DNA of 64,000 bases, from assembly GCA_964016885.1 (NCBI GenBank), contig OZ024741.1:158596001-158660000 (forward strand). Direction: 5' to 3'. This DNA is from Eledone cirrhosa (lineage: Eukaryota). The translations under genes and the position numbers were made by a program. The notes below the pieces were generated by a model that worked only from the letters and a program-made list of their open reading frames with translations, made no database searches and was not told where the DNA came from. Shown piece by piece: positions 26,350-41,218 of the stretch (position 1 is its first letter; each line of letters opens with the position of its first letter).

Positions 26350-26659
26350 CAGAGGTTCTCAACGTGGGTGTAACCGCCCCCTGGGAGGCGTTGAGAAGGT
26401 CCAGGGGGCGCTGGAGGAGTGGTAGAGATGATATAATAGTATATTAAATATCAAAGGATACGTATTATATATAAATATAGTAAAGTAAATAATATATATT
26501 CATTTATGCATAGTATATATTGTTTACTATATAAATTGATTTTATTTATTATATATTATTTATAATTTGCATGTAGGTTTCTCTGGAAATAGGGGTGGTA
26601 GCACTGGGGGTATTACATGGCCATGAGGGGGGCAGTGGCCTAAAAAGTTTGAGAACCTG
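26350..26659 (-). mobile_element. hAT MITE, same family as 1775
   Basis: CAGAGGTTCTCAAC ... GTTTGAGAACCTG with 8-bp TSD TTTTAACT. Confidence 0.85.
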
Positions 26660-28384
26660 TTTTAACTTAAATAGAAACCCCTTAGGATGGGAGGGTGGGT
26701 TGTTTCTTAGAACCAAATGTAGTTTTGGGCAAGTTAACCCTTTTGTAACCATATTTCTAATGAAAGATGTATAGAATTTTCAAATAATGTTGAAAATAAT
26801 CAAGAATTAGGAAGGATTTAGTCATATAACTAACTTTCTCATTATTAAACTTGAATTTGGAACATAACTCACAAAGATTCTTTCATAAGAATTATGGTTG
26901 AATGTTTTTAGATAAATATAAACACTTTAAAATAAACAGGCAGTTTCAGATAGTAGACTTCTAGCTGCATTTCTTATTTGTCATCGTCAGATAAAACATG
27001 CTTGCGTTGAATAGACCTTTTTGCGGGCTGCAGGTGCACTTGTAAAGGGGCGCATGCTTTGGAGAAACCCCATTTCAGCTACTTGTATTTATGATTGTAT
27101 TCTTTCAGTCATTAGCCAAGATTCATGACCCTAGGTAAAGGTTGGCATGAATACTGAATTGAAAATAGTTTGGCTTTCACACCTTCTGATTACTAAATAC
27201 TGATGCTGGCACACTACTGCACCAGCTCCTGCAATTTTTGCACTTAATTCACCCTCCTGCCTTAGAAATCCCCAAACCTTGCCTAAAATCAGTGGCTTTT
27301 AACCTTTTTCTTCATTTGCTCTGTGTGCCACTATGATACCATCACATCTATGACATCCTCAATATAAAAACATGTTTGTTGCTAAGAAGATATAATGTAA
27401 AAAGCTTTTAAAAAGTTGACCCCCCAGTGTGCATCCAATATTCAGAAGCACTGCTCTACAGCACTGTCTTTCAAAGAATGTAATAATGTAGAATAACAAG
27501 CTGATGGGTGATGGAAGATGAACTTAAAAAACAACAAACTAACCAACCAAACAAAAAACAAACCTAAAAAACTCATAGTAGGCAGTTTGGCCACAGAATC
27601 TAGTTTCCTATGAAGTTTGGGATTGGTGAATTCTTTAATGTTTCTTTTTAAAGGAAAGAAAAACAACAAAGAAGACCAAGTATTTCCTATAGTCAGCCCA
27701 CTACTATCTGTAGAGATAATTACTTTTACAGTGAGGTTCCCCTTCTTCCCCCTATCATTTCTGGTTTTTTCATTCAAGTTGACACCTTTCACATTTTTCA
27801 TTTTTATACATTTATCCAGTGAAATAAATGGCCATGAGAATGGTCATTTATACTTACTGACCCCACCTCTCTGTCTCTCTCCCTCCTCACCCCCTGTCTC
27901 CTAACATACACATCTGTCAGTTGAGATTAACAGGCCCCTTCAGGCAGGTGGACACCATGTGGCTGATAGCTTGTGACAGTAGTTTGCATTTTAGGGGCGA
28001 GTGGGAGTGTGGGGTTTAATTTAAAAAGGAAACTTTATTAAATACATACTACAATCCTTCAATTGACATTAGACTCTGCTTATGATTATCAAGAATTTGG
28101 AAAAAGAATAGTAATACACCTAACTTTCTCATTATAAATAGATGAATATAAAGGTTTATAGATAAATATACACATCGTCTGATGGAATATTTTTGCCATC
28201 TTGTCCATGGGGTGCAGCACTTCTGCCCTAGGCACCAAACCCAATCCCCCCCCTCTCTTCTTCGATAGCAGAGCTCTTGCCATCTCCTCTCCTTCCTGTT
28301 CTTTTTCTTTTTTCTCCATATTCCATATTCCATATTCTTTTGCTTCCCTTCATTTTTTAAAAAATTATATTTGTCATTATTATT

Positions 28385-28930
28385 GGCAGTGGATTGGCAG
28401 TATCGGTAGAGGGTCGGACGCCATGCTTTCCAGCATAGTTACGTCCCTTTACGATCTGAGTTCAAATCCTGCCGAGGTTGACTTTGCCTTTCATCCTTAT
28501 GGGGTCGATAAAATAAAGTACCAGTAATGCACTGGGTAATTGCTGGCCTTGTGCCTAAAGTAGAAACAATTATTGGCAGTATCGGTAGAGGGTTGGACTC
28601 CATGCTTTCTAGCATAGTTACGTCCCTTTACGATCTGAGTTCAAATCCTGCCGAGGTTGACTTTGCCTTTCATCCTTATGGGGTCGATGAAATAAAGTAC
28701 CAGTAACGCACTGGGTAATTGCTGGCCTTGTGCCTAAAGTAGAAACAATTATTGGCAGTATCGGTAGAGGGTTGGACTCCATGCTTTCTAGCATAGTTAC
28801 GGCCCTTTATGGTCAGTTCAAATCGCGTTGAGGTTAACTTTGCCTTTCATCGTTACGAGGTCGATAAAATAAAGTACCAGTAATACATTGGGATAATTGC
28901 TGGCTTGTGCCAAAAGTAGAAACAATTATT
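28385..28930 (+). mobile_element. Three head-to-tail SINE S1 copies (~179-bp period)
   Basis: TGGCAGTATCGGTAGAGGG recurs at about 28395, 28574 and 28753. Confidence 0.85.
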
Positions 28931-28998
28931 ATTATTGTTACTATAAATAATATGGTTAAAAGCAGTTTTATAGCAGGTTGATATTAAAAGGATATTAA

Positions 28999-29321
28999 CC
29001 CTTTACCATTTACTTTAATCTATATTTATTATTGTATTTTCATTGTAAAGGCTTTATCTTACATAATTATCTCACATAATATCGAATCTATGAAATTTTG
29101 ATATCCCACCGAGGTTAACTTTGCCTTTCATCCTTACGGGGTCGATAAAATAAAGTACCAGTAATCTACTGGGTAATTGCTGGCCTTGTGCCAAAAGTAG
29201 AAACAATTATTTATTTTAGAACAATGCCTTAACATAAGTATGAGTGGCTGATTTCAGCCACTTTGAACAGAAAGAGGTGAGAGAATTTTGGCTGGACCCG
29301 ACCGGTTTAAATGCTAAAGGG
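28999..29321. mobile_element. piggyBac-like MITE family P1 with a nested SINE S1 3' half
   Basis: TTAA-CCCTTTACCATTTA ... TAAATGCTAAAGGG-TTAA; SINE piece at 29103-29212. Confidence 0.75.
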
Positions 29322-29499
29322 TTAAAAGTTTTACTTATTTTGGAGATAATCAAGAATTTGGAAAAATTAATGTTATTGTTTTGGTGAGTAGTGTTGATAT
29401 TGTTGTTGGTGGTTGTGCTGTTGGTGGTGTTAGTTCACCCTTACTGCCTTCTCTCCATCTACACTGTGATGAAGATGATGGCAAGGAGGAGGGGGTTGC

Positions 29500-30440
29500 C
29501 ACCACCATGATCATCACTATCTCCACCCCCACCACCACCTCCCACATTAACTACTCCATACCACTAGCAACCTCTTCCCCAATCACCAACACTACCACTA
29601 CCCTCACCATCACTAGCCCACCACCATTGCTACCACCACAATTGCTACTCTAATCATCACTATGGCAACCAACATCACCAACCCAGTGCCACCGCCACCA
29701 TCATCATTAAGCCAGCATCACCACTACCTCAATCACTAACCCAGCGCCACCATCATCACCATCACTAGCCCACCATCACTACCAACATCACCATTACTAG
29801 CCCACCACCATCACCATCACTAACCCAACACCTCCACCAACACCACCACCATCATCACCACCACCAGCACCATCACATGCCCTGTCAACATCACCACCAC
29901 CTCCACTATCACCACCATCACCGCTACCACCACCACCACATGCCCTGTCAACATCACCACCACCACTACGACGACCACCACCCTCACCCACCACCACCAC
30001 CATCACATGCCCTGCCAACTAGACCACCACCATCACCACCACCACCACCAACACCACCATCACCACTACCATCACCACCACCACCACCACATGCCCTGTC
30101 AACATCACCACCACCACCACCCTCACCCACCACCACCATCACATGCCCTGCCAACTAGACCACCACCATCACCACCACCAACACCACCACCACATGCCCT
30201 GTCAACATCACCACCACCACCATCACATGCCCTGCCAACTAGACCACCACCATCACCACTACCATCACCACTACCACCACATGCCCTGTCAACATCACCA
30301 CCACCACTACCACCACCACCACCATCACATGCCCTGTCAACTAGATCACCACCATCACCACCACCACTACCATCACCACCACCACCACCATCACCACTAC
30401 CATCACCACCACCACCACCACATGCCCTGTCAACATCAGT
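29500..30440. repeat. (CAC)n repeat punctuated by CATGCCCTGTCAAC units
   Basis: Visible directly; about 10 copies of the punctuating unit. Confidence 0.9.
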
Positions 30441-30609
30441 GAACAACTGCAATAATAACTACACCAGTACTATGTTACATATTACTTTACTTACTTACAT
30501 GTTTTCAATATCTACATCAGTTAAACTGTATGTATGTAGTGTGTATGTATGTAGTGTGTATATATGTATGTATGTATGTAAGTATATATGTGTGTATGTA
30601 TATTTGTGC

Positions 30610-30640
<31 letters not shown>

Positions 30641-31769
30641 AGTATATATGTGTGTATGTATATTTGTGCATATATATATGTATGTATGTGTTTATGTATG
30701 TGTGTGTGTATGTATGTTTATAATATGCAGTGTATGTGTATAGTGTGTGTATTGGTGTGGATGACTCTGAGGAGGGTGTGTGTTTGTATAAAGAAGAAAA
30801 CATGACTAAACTTTAGGAAATAGCTAGAATTTACCAGTGACAATTCCCAAGAACAACAAGCAGTGTTATGACTATATCACTGTATATATCAGTGTTCATT
30901 CCATATTTATGGTTCTTGATGGTTCCAAATGACGGTACATGGCTTAATAGTTATGGTAGTAGGCTTCAGTTCACTCAGCTGCTAAAATGGAGTACTTGCA
31001 ATCACCCTTGTGCCAAGCTGTATCGGCTTTTTCTTTCTGTTTGAACAACATTAGTGTCATGGAGAACTGCTGGTCTTCTATAAAATACCTTGCCCAAACT
31101 TGTGCCTTTGAGAGGCAAACCCATGGTCATTTAGGCAATCGTGGTCGACCATGGCTGTAAGAGTCCTTTTCCTTTTTTTTTCTAGACATTTCTTCAGCCA
31201 GATGCCTTTCCTATTACCAACCACTTTACAAACACCTCAAGTGCACTTTGTAGAGGGGTTGGTGATAGGAAGGGCATCCAACTATAGAAATCTTGCCAAA
31301 CAAAAGGGAGAGAGGACTGTTCAGTTGTGTCAAAGGCACGAGTTGGTGTTGGTGTCACGATAAAATGCACGGTGCATTTTGTAAAGTGTGGGGATGTATA
31401 TAAGTGAGATACAGCCCTTGGCCCATCTGAGAGATCAGCGGATCTAATTAAATCAGAGGTTCTCAAACTTTTGGGGTAACCGCACCCTCACGGCCATGTA
31501 ATAACCTCAGCGGTCTCCACCCCTATTTTCAATGAGACCTGCCTACACGCAAATTGTAAATAATATGTAATAAATAAAATCGTTAATTTATAGATAATAA
31601 ATAATATAATATATACTATGTATAAATGAATATATATTTTTTATTTTACTATATGTATATATAATATGTATCATTTGATATTTAATATACGATTATATCA
31701 TTTGTATACAATACTATAATATTATAAATAATAAATTCATAGCGTCCCCCAATCCAGGAGACCTTTCTA

Positions 31770-32116
31770 CATCATCATCATCATCATTTCATTTTACGTC
31801 CGCTTTTTCCCTGCTTGCAAGGGTGGGACGGCAACTGATTCTGGCTTGATCTCTACAGCTGGATGCCCTTCCTAACACCAACCTCATTTACAGTGAGCGC
31901 TGGATGCTTTTTTGCCGTGGCACCTCCACGACCACTTTGCAGTGGAATGATATGGACTCCAGTCCCTATCATCTCATTTCTACAGCTGAGTAAACTGGAG
32001 CAATGTGAAATAAAGTGTCTTGCTCAAGGAAACAACACATCACTCGGTCTGAGAATTGAACTCCCAACCTTTCGATTGCAAGGCCAATGCTCTAACCACT
32101 AAGCCATGTGCCTTCA
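31770..32116 (-). mobile_element. SINE S2
   Basis: Same structure as 22422. Confidence 0.85.
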
Positions 32117-32277
32117 TATGCAATTATATTCTTACTCAATAAAATAATGCACAAATTTACAACGCATATTGGAGAAGTCAATAGTATACCACTAAAACAG
32201 CCCATCCAGATAGGTTTTTAGGGTGTTCAATGAAAATAGCCTCTCAATCTCAGGCTGAATTCTACTAAGAAGAACTA

Positions 32278-32312
<35 letters not shown>

Positions 32313-32757
32313 TGTATATACATATATATATATATATATATTAGAATTTTATTTTATTTCTCGCCCTGGCACAACTGATACATAAATGTACATACTTACA
32401 TATACATACTTACATATATGCTTGAATTTCTTTCCTCTCTCAATCTTCTCGCGGCTCGGACGTGTCTATTTCTCCTCGTCAATTTGATTTGTCGGGCTTA
32501 AGCCCACAGGATTCATTGACTTGTCTCTATTTTCCTCTCTTTACGTTACATACCACTATGTGTTTGTTTCCTTCCCTCTGTTTTCCCACTGTCCCGATAA
32601 CTTAATTGAGTTATCGCACGCACTGATTTTAGGTATCTAGTCTTTAATGTGTCGAAATACCAACGATAATCAGCAGACTACTGAAGAGGACATTTTACCC
32701 CTTGTCTATTTTTATTCATATGTTCATGTTCGCAACAACGCAGCACGCCGTTCTTCA

Positions 32758-32795
<38 letters not shown>

Positions 32796-32796
<1 letters not shown>

Positions 32797-33550
32797 TAGC
32801 AGCTGCACCCAGCGTTGCCTGCGTAGGTAAAATATCTGCTTTGATGAAAAGGTGTTGATCTTAGCGACTGCGAGTTTCTTGAAAATCGGTCGTAAGGTGT
32901 AGCAAATGGCGAAATGTTGAGTGAAATCGTATGGAATATGTGGGAGGTGGAAACAATCGTATTTTGAAGAGTTAAACGGCTGCCACGCTGTCCCTGGACA
33001 AAAATGTAAAGTGTAAAGCTACTATAAGATGTGCAATGATAGGTTCTATCGTAGTATAAAAGTTGAACCAAATAAATTGATTTATGTGTTAGGTGGAGCT
33101 GAAGTTTCGAATTTGAACGAAATCGGTTGAAAAATGTGGGAGCTAGAGCCGAAAAGGGGGAAATTTGAGCGAAAGCGTAGTATTTTCGAATATTTAAGCG
33201 GCTGCTACGCCGTTCCTGAACAAAATATCCAAAATGTAAAGCCACTTTAAGACGTGAAATAATCAGATCTAGCGTAGTGTAAAATTTGAACAAAGTAGGT
33301 TGATTAATGTGGGAGCTAGAGCCAAAAATCTTATTTTTCGATACCAAAATAAGGTGCCCCCCCCCCCCCCCCCCCCCCCATCGATTTTTATCTGCAGAAT
33401 GACCCCGGAATAAAAAAACCATACGCTGATATATATAAAACACTCCCCGATGACTAATCTATGAGGCTGTAAAGTTTCATGAAAATCGGTCGTAAGATGT
33501 AGGCCCCTATAGGTAATACACAGACACACATACTTAATTTTATATATATA
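32796..33550 (-). mobile_element. Non-autonomous Helitron
   Basis: Minus 3' end CGCAGGCAACGCTGGGTGCAGCTG-CTAG|T; 5' end TATATATAAAATTAAGTATGTGTGTCTGTG; internal repeats GAAAATCGGTCGTAAG and GTGGGAGCTAGAGCC; 5' TC not discernible. Confidence 0.65.
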
Positions 33551-33973
33551 TATCGCACTAAAATCAATTTAAACATTCACGTGACTTCTACCGACCAATC
33601 AAAATTGTTTTGACTACAAGAATTTTTGCAACACAAAAATTGGTGCGAAATTTATAGTGCTTATTCACGTGGCATTCAACAATCAATCAAATCTTAATAT
33701 CTCCCAAACCACTTTTTTCACATAAGATCAGATTGGAGCAAAAATCCCGAGCACTCTATCTCAAAATTATTTTTGAAAAGCATAAGAAATGCGCAATAGG
33801 TAAACACTTAAAACTAAAACTGAATACTAACTAATACTTATTACTAATTTATACTTATTCCTAATTAAACTATTTTTCACTGGGAAAAATTTGTCAGCAT
33901 TTTCTTTTCCTTTTTACTAATATATCACAACTCGTGTGTCACACCTCTATTTTTTTAAATATATATATATATC

Positions 33974-34736
33974 CCGATTTAATCCGCCGTGACCACCCTC
34001 TGAACTTACCCCAACCTCTCCCACAACCTTTTCTTTGCTTGTTATTTTTTCCTATTTTTTTCCTATTCTTTGCATTATTTATTGATTTATTTACTGTAAT
34101 TTTTTTTCTGCTTTTGATTTTTTTGTCTATTTTTATGTTTATTTTAATTTTTATTTGTTCTCCTTCCCCCTTTTTTCTAAATGTCTTTCCACCCCTCCTC
34201 TACACACTCTCGGAACTCTCTTCCTACCCAATTTTCTCCTGAAGAAGGGCTTATGCCCGAAACGCGCCCCCCACCCCACTCTCAAGAGCGTGAACCTAAT
34301 AAACTTTTATTTGTCTGCCTCTGTTTTTGTTCCCATCCAAGTTTTCACTATAAAATACACGCTCACACAGCTTCCACACCACCTTGGAATACCACTTTAC
34401 TACCGGCTCAACCCTGATTAAATCCGCTGTGACCACCAAACTCTCCCACAACCTTTTCTTTGCTTGTTATTTTCCTATTCTTTGCATTATTTATTGATTT
34501 ATTTACTGTAATTTTTTTCTGCTTTTGTATTTTTGTCTATTTTTATGTTTATTTTTATTTCTAAATGTCTTTCCACCCCTCCTCTACACACCCTCGGAAC
34601 TCTCTTCCTACCCAATTTTCTCCGGAAGAAGGGCTTATGCTTGAAACGCCCCCCACCCCGCCCACCCTCAAGAGCGTGAACCTAATAAACCTTTATTTGT
34701 CTGCCTCTCTGTTTTTGTTCCCGTCCAAGTTTTCAC

Positions 34737-34740
<4 letters not shown>
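33974..34740 (+). mobile_element. Partial tandem (~440-bp unit) PLE/retrozyme-like element with hammerhead motif
   Basis: Unit starts at 33974 and 34413; CTGAAGA-A-GGGC-TTAT-GCCC-GAAA-CGCG at 34239-34266, decayed in the second unit; AATAAA downstream; (TA)n flanks. Confidence 0.7.
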
Positions 34741-34775
<35 letters not shown>

Positions 34776-35747
34776 ATAATAAATTTGAAGACTAAAATCC
34801 AAAGAGGGCTCGATAAGGATAAATAAACGGGATCTTCTGAAACTCAGAAGATCCCGTTAAGGGTGAAAGCAGCGATTCTTTGCTTAAACTTTAATCTGTT
34901 ATTTTAATAAATATATATATATATATATATATATAATAAATATATTATCGGAGAAAGCTTTTAGCGATACTCCGGCCAAATTTCAACCCACTCAACAAAC
35001 ATTAGGAAATAAGTGAGTATATTCCCAATTAAACGTTCGGGGTGCTAACTAATTGTATTGTGTGGAAAATTGGCTGTATTATTTCATATGAGACATATCG
35101 AATATATATATATATATATCCCCCCACTCTCAAGAGCATGAAACTAATAAACCTTTGTTTGTACTTCCTCTCATATATAAGCAGTGAGTGTGTGTGTGTT
35201 GTTTTGATAAATAGAATTATTAACATCAATTAAAATGTTTATAATATTTATAACAAAACATAATTAAACAAATTAGCTAGAATATTTTTTTTAAAAGGAT
35301 TGAGATACACTTACCTTGAAAGAATCAAGGAAAGATTCTTCTTTAAAGTTCATATCACACTCACACACACACATACAAGAAAGAAATATGCAGAGAGAGG
35401 GAGAGAGAGGGGGGGGGGAAGACTGGGTTAGAAAGAGATAGAAAGTTAGACAAGAGAAAGAGAGAGTGGCAATTTTTATAACAGCTGGAAGTTACAACTG
35501 ACCTGTTACACCTACACCCCTCACCATCAGTGGTCAAAGAATTTAATGGATATGGTACCACTGACCTGTTGAATTTCACTCTCTCTCTCTCTCTCTCTTT
35601 ATACATATATACATATTAGAGAGAGAGAGCGGGGGGAGGGGCAGTCATTGCCGCTGATAACTAGAGAGACAAAGGGATCATCATCATCATCATCATCAAC
35701 GTTTAACGTCCTTGTGCCAAAAGTAGAAACATATATATATATATATA

Positions 35748-36071
35748 TTTTATTTTACGTTTGCTTTTCCCTGCTTGCAAGGGTGGGACTGGAACTGATT
35801 CTGGCTTGATTTCTACAGCTGGATGCCCTTCCTAACCCCAACCTCATTTACAGTGAGTGCTGGGTGCTTTTTTGCCGTGGCACCTCCACGACCACTTTGC
35901 AGTGGAATGATAGGGACCCTAGTCCTTATCATCTCATTTCTACAGCTGAGTAAACTGGAGCAATGTGAAATAAAGTGTCTTGCTCAAGGACACAACGCAT
36001 CACCTGGTCTGGTAATTGAACTCACAACCTTTCTATTGCAAGGCCAATGCTCTAACCACTAAGCCATGTGC
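35748..36071 (-). mobile_element. SINE S2
   Basis: Same structure as 22422. Confidence 0.85.
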
Positions 36072-36743
<672 letters not shown>

Positions 36744-37193
36744 AGCAGCAGGTCAATGGTACTCTCTCCACTCTCCTTGATCACTGATGGGTGTGTGTGT
36801 GTACATATATATATATATATGTTTCTACTTTATCCAGTGTATTACTGGTACTTTATTTTATCAACACCGTAAGGATGATAGGCAAAGTTAACCTATAGTG
36901 TCAGTGGAACATACACACACACACAAATGCCACAATCATCTGATAGAAAAATATTGATGACACCATGTAAGCTATATTAAATAGCTATCCTTTATCTCTA
37001 AAGTTGCGAAAATTTGTTAAATCTGGCCCTGGGTAAAGTAAGTGGAGGAAAGAACGCAAGATGCTTACAGCCCCTCCATTCCTCCCAACACCCGCTCAGG
37101 CATTACCACTTTGAGAACTTCTGAATTAAATACTAACTTTGTTTGTGATAACTCCAACCCTTGCTAGTAAAGAAAATGGGTGTTAAATGATAA

Positions 37194-37382
37194 TAATTGT
37201 TTCTACTTTAGGCACAAGGCCAGCAAATACCCAGTGCATTACTGGTACTTTATTTTATTGACCCCCGTAAGGATGAAAGGCAAAGTCAACCTTGGCGGGA
37301 TTTGAACTCAGATCGTAAAGGGTAGTAACTATGCTGGAAAGCATGGCGTCCGACCCTCTACCGATACTGCCAATCCACCGCC
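37194..37382 (-). mobile_element. SINE S1, full length
   Basis: Reverse complement of 20903-21090. Confidence 0.85.
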
Positions 37383-38043
37383 CTTTTGTGTTAAATGATA
37401 ATAATGATTTCCATAGATCTTTCCTAATGATTTATCCATTCTCAATCCACACTACATCGCTCATTCCTTTTATGTCTGGTCCTTATTGTCTTCTGTCCTT
37501 AGGGGATAATTCTGACTTTGTAGCTTTCTCTGTTGCTCTTGGTATGACCATGTATTTGTTTGGATGTTTGGATGCACAAATATAAAAAACAAATACTTAA
37601 TATATATGAATGCCAATAATGGAATGTATGAGGAAGATTCATGTGTGTTTTGTGTTTATGTATGATTTCCTTCTAATGAAATAGTTCTAGTCCTGTTGAA
37701 GCCATTTCTATATTAACTTTTGTTGTATATACTCTACTAATGCATTGGGTACCTTACTTACTGTGGTTACCCCCCCCCCCCCCCTCCATTGAACACACAC
37801 ACACACACACACATATAATATATATATATATATATATTGGCTTAGGTGGTTAATGCCTTCTTGACCACTTTTTCAGTTTGTATGGCGTTTTAACACATGT
37901 TTAGCTCTGTTTTTTTAACTATAGAGTGCTTGCCAGCATAACTCTGATTTAGCGTTTCGTTTCGCTTTTTCTACCCGCCGAAATGTGATTCTCGCTGAAT
38001 TTATATTTATATATATATATATATATATAAATATATATATATA

Positions 38044-40340
38044 GACGAGACGTACTAGACAGCAGAAGAGGACTATCCTCAGGAGAAAAATATGGAAGCT
38101 AAAGGACCCTACAGCCAAAAATAAATTTAAAAGCATATTATTTGATGCTTTCGACAGTAAGGAAGAGCAATTAGAGTCGTACAATATAGAGGAACAGTGG
38201 GAATTCCTGAAAGCAAACCTGCTGATGGCAGCATACGAAGTCTGTGGCTGGAGCAGGCCTGTAGGCAGGAGGAGAGTAACATGGTGGTGGAACAGTAAGG
38301 TGGAGGAGTCAATTAAGGCCAAAAAGCAGGCTTGGAAAGTATGGCGGGATGGGGGAAGTAGAGAAGACTATCAAGTGGCCAGGAGGGAAGCTAGGAGACA
38401 AGTGTACTTCGCACGAAGGGAAGCAGAGGAAAGAAAGTTCAAGCATGTTCTACAACGCGAGGACCAAAAATGTGAGGTGTTCAGGATTGCTAGGCAATGT
38501 GTCAAGGAAAACCGTGATATTGTCGGGGAGAAGTGTGTACTTAATGATGATGGCGTACTTGCCATCACTGACGCTGATAAGAAGGTAGCTTGGAAGTGTC
38601 ACTACGAAAAGCTACTAAATGAGGAGAATAAATGGGAGAAAGACAGTCTCCCCCACATCGACCCAATAGAGGGACCAGCAGTGTTAGTCGAAGGTAGTAT
38701 AATAAGTAAGCCAATCAAAGATATGAAGACGGGTAAGGCGGCTGGGCCTTCGGAAATAGTTGCTGAGATGCTGAAAGCCTCTGGAACGGTGGGACACACC
38801 ATGGTCACCCGGATAGTAAACCAAGTCATACAGAATGGGGTTGTTCCGAAGGACTGGCGTAGCAGCATCATCATTAACTGCTACAAGGGTAAAGGAGACG
38901 CCCTAGATAGGAGTAACTATAGAGACATTAAATTAATCGACCAGGTCATGAAGGTCATGGAAAAAGTAATAGCACAACTAATCAGAGAGAGAATTGATCT
39001 AGATGAAATGCAGTTCGGGTTTGTGTCAGGCAAAAGTACCACAGACTTCTTTTCATTGTAGGACAACTACAGGAGAAGTACCTAGCTAAAAGTAAACCCC
39101 TATACTTAGCTTTTGTCGACTTGGAGAAAGCCTTCGACAGAGTTCCCATTCCATTATCTGGTGGGCTCTTAGAAAACTAGGTGTTGATGAATGGCTTGTG
39201 AGAGCTATACAAGCCATGTATAAAGAAACAGTCAGCAAGGTTAGAATTAACAACGAATATAGTGAAGAGTTTAGCGTAAAAGTTGGTGTTCATCAGGGCT
39301 CTGTTCTTAGCCCCCTACTATTTATTATTGCCCTTCAGGCTATAACAGTGGAGTTCAAGACCGGCTGCCCATGGGAACTCCTATACGCAGATGATCTAAC
39401 GCTCATAGCTGAATCAATGGCCGAGCTAGAGAAGAAATTCCAAATATGGAAGCACGGCCTAGAATCAAAAGGCCTTAAAATTAACCTGGCTAAGACTAAA
39501 GTTCTAGTTTGTAGGAAAGAAAATAAGGCGCCGGTCCCTTCCGGGAAATGGCCATGCTCAGTGTTTAGGAAAGGCGTAGGTAGAAACTCCATTTTATGTC
39601 CCAAATGCAAAATATGGGTGCATAAAAGATGTAGTGGGATCACAGGTAAGCTAACTAAGAGCACAGATTTTACATGTGGCCGGTGCTCTGGTGCAATAAG
39701 TAGCAGCAAGTGCCCACAAAATACTAGCTCTTTCAATTGCGCAGAGGGTTCTATAGAAATAGTGGACAGCTTCCGTTACCTGGGTGACAAAATCAGCAGT
39801 GGGGGAGGGTGCTCTGAAAGTACAGTAGCTAGAGTCAGAACTGGATGGAAAAAGTTCAGAGAGCTTATACCACTATTAGCCGCTAAAGGGTTCTCCCTAA
39901 AAATGAAAGGCAGGCTGTATGATGCCTGCATACGAACAGCAATGTTGCATGGCAGTGAGACCTGGGCATTGTGTGCAGAGGATATACGCAGACTAGAGAG
40001 GAATGAAGCTTGCATGCTCCGCTGGATGTGTAATAGTAATATACGCAAACGGCAAAGCATAAACGAACTAAGGGAAAAATTAAAAATAAGAGGGATCAGA
40101 TGTTGTTTACTCGAGAGAAGACTACGTTGGTATGGTCATGTGATGCGCATGTAAGACGACAGCTGTATAAAAAAGTGCAGGGCAATAAAGATAGACGGTA
40201 GCCACGGAGTAGGCAGACCCAGAAAAACCTGGGACGACCTGATAAATTCCGACCTCACACACTTACACCTCTCCAAGACAATGTCACTGGACCGAGATCT
40301 TTGGCGGTACTCAGTAATAGAGAAGACCCGCCTTACCTAA
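38044..40340 (+). pseudogene. RTE reverse transcriptase ORF, broken
   Basis: ORF pieces 38225-39061 and 39198-40154; motifs [33 protein letters not shown]; frameshifts near 39048 and 39148; premature TAA at 40152. Confidence 0.92.
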
Positions 40341-41218
40341 ATACAAAGTAAAACCTACTACAGTCAGTAGGCATCATCATCATCATCGTTTACCGTCCCT
40401 GTTCCACGCTTGCATGGGTTTGGACGGGGGTTTTCCCACTTGAGGCAAGAGTGGTTGTCTTGCTCGCATAGGACTGTCTGACGGGTTTTCTACAGCTGGA
40501 TGCCCTTCCTAACACCAACCACGTTTACAGTGTGGGGCTGGGACGTTTTTACTGTGTTGCCTACACGGCCACATTACAGCATGGACTGCGTGTTTTTTTG
40601 TCGTGACACCTACACGATCTCATTTGTTTCGGCCTGGATGTTGTGACACCAACATAACTTTGCATTGAAGGGGGTGGTGTGGATGGGGTGGGACGGGGTG
40701 TATTTTGTTAGAGATGCCTACTGACTAGTAGGTTTTACTTTGTATTTAGGTATCTAACAAAATACACCCCCGTCCCACCACCCCCGTCCCATCCACACCG
40801 CCCCTTTCAATGTAAAGTTATGTTGGTGCCACAACATCCAGGCCGAAACAAATGAGATCGTGTAGGTGTCACGACAAAAAAACACACAGTCCACGCTGTA
40901 ATGTGGCCGTGTAGGCAACACAGTAAAAACCTCCCAGACCCACACTGTAAACGTGGTTGGTGTTAGGAAGGGCATCCAGCTGTAGAAAACCCGCCAGACT
41001 GTCCACGCTGTAATGTGGCCGTGTAGGCAACACGGTAAAAACCTCCCAGCCCCACACTGTAAACGTGGTTGGTGTTAGGAAGGGCATCCAGCCGTAGAAA
41101 ACCCGCCAGACAGTCCTATGCGAGCAAGACAACCACTCTTGCCTCAAGTGGGAAAACTCCCGTCCAAACCCATGCAAGCGTGGAACACGGACGTTAAACG
41201 ATGATGATGATGATGATG

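Noticed and set aside
29797-30805. Pro-rich extensin-like and His-rich ORFs
   Set aside because: (CAC)n repeat running into (TATG)n; open in several frames; no gene structure
32681-32740. CTGAAGA-GGACAT..ATGTTC-GCAA hammerhead (also 12440-12490 minus and 34948-34975)
   Set aside because: Core too degenerate (GAAA lost) to support from single copies
32796-33443. 215-aa ORF
   Set aside because: Lies in a non-autonomous Helitron; no Rep or helicase motifs
35315-35353. Minus-strand first exon MNFKEESFLDSFK|GTAAGT
   Set aside because: Strong donor but only 13 codons, inside a nested repeat block, with no partner exon found
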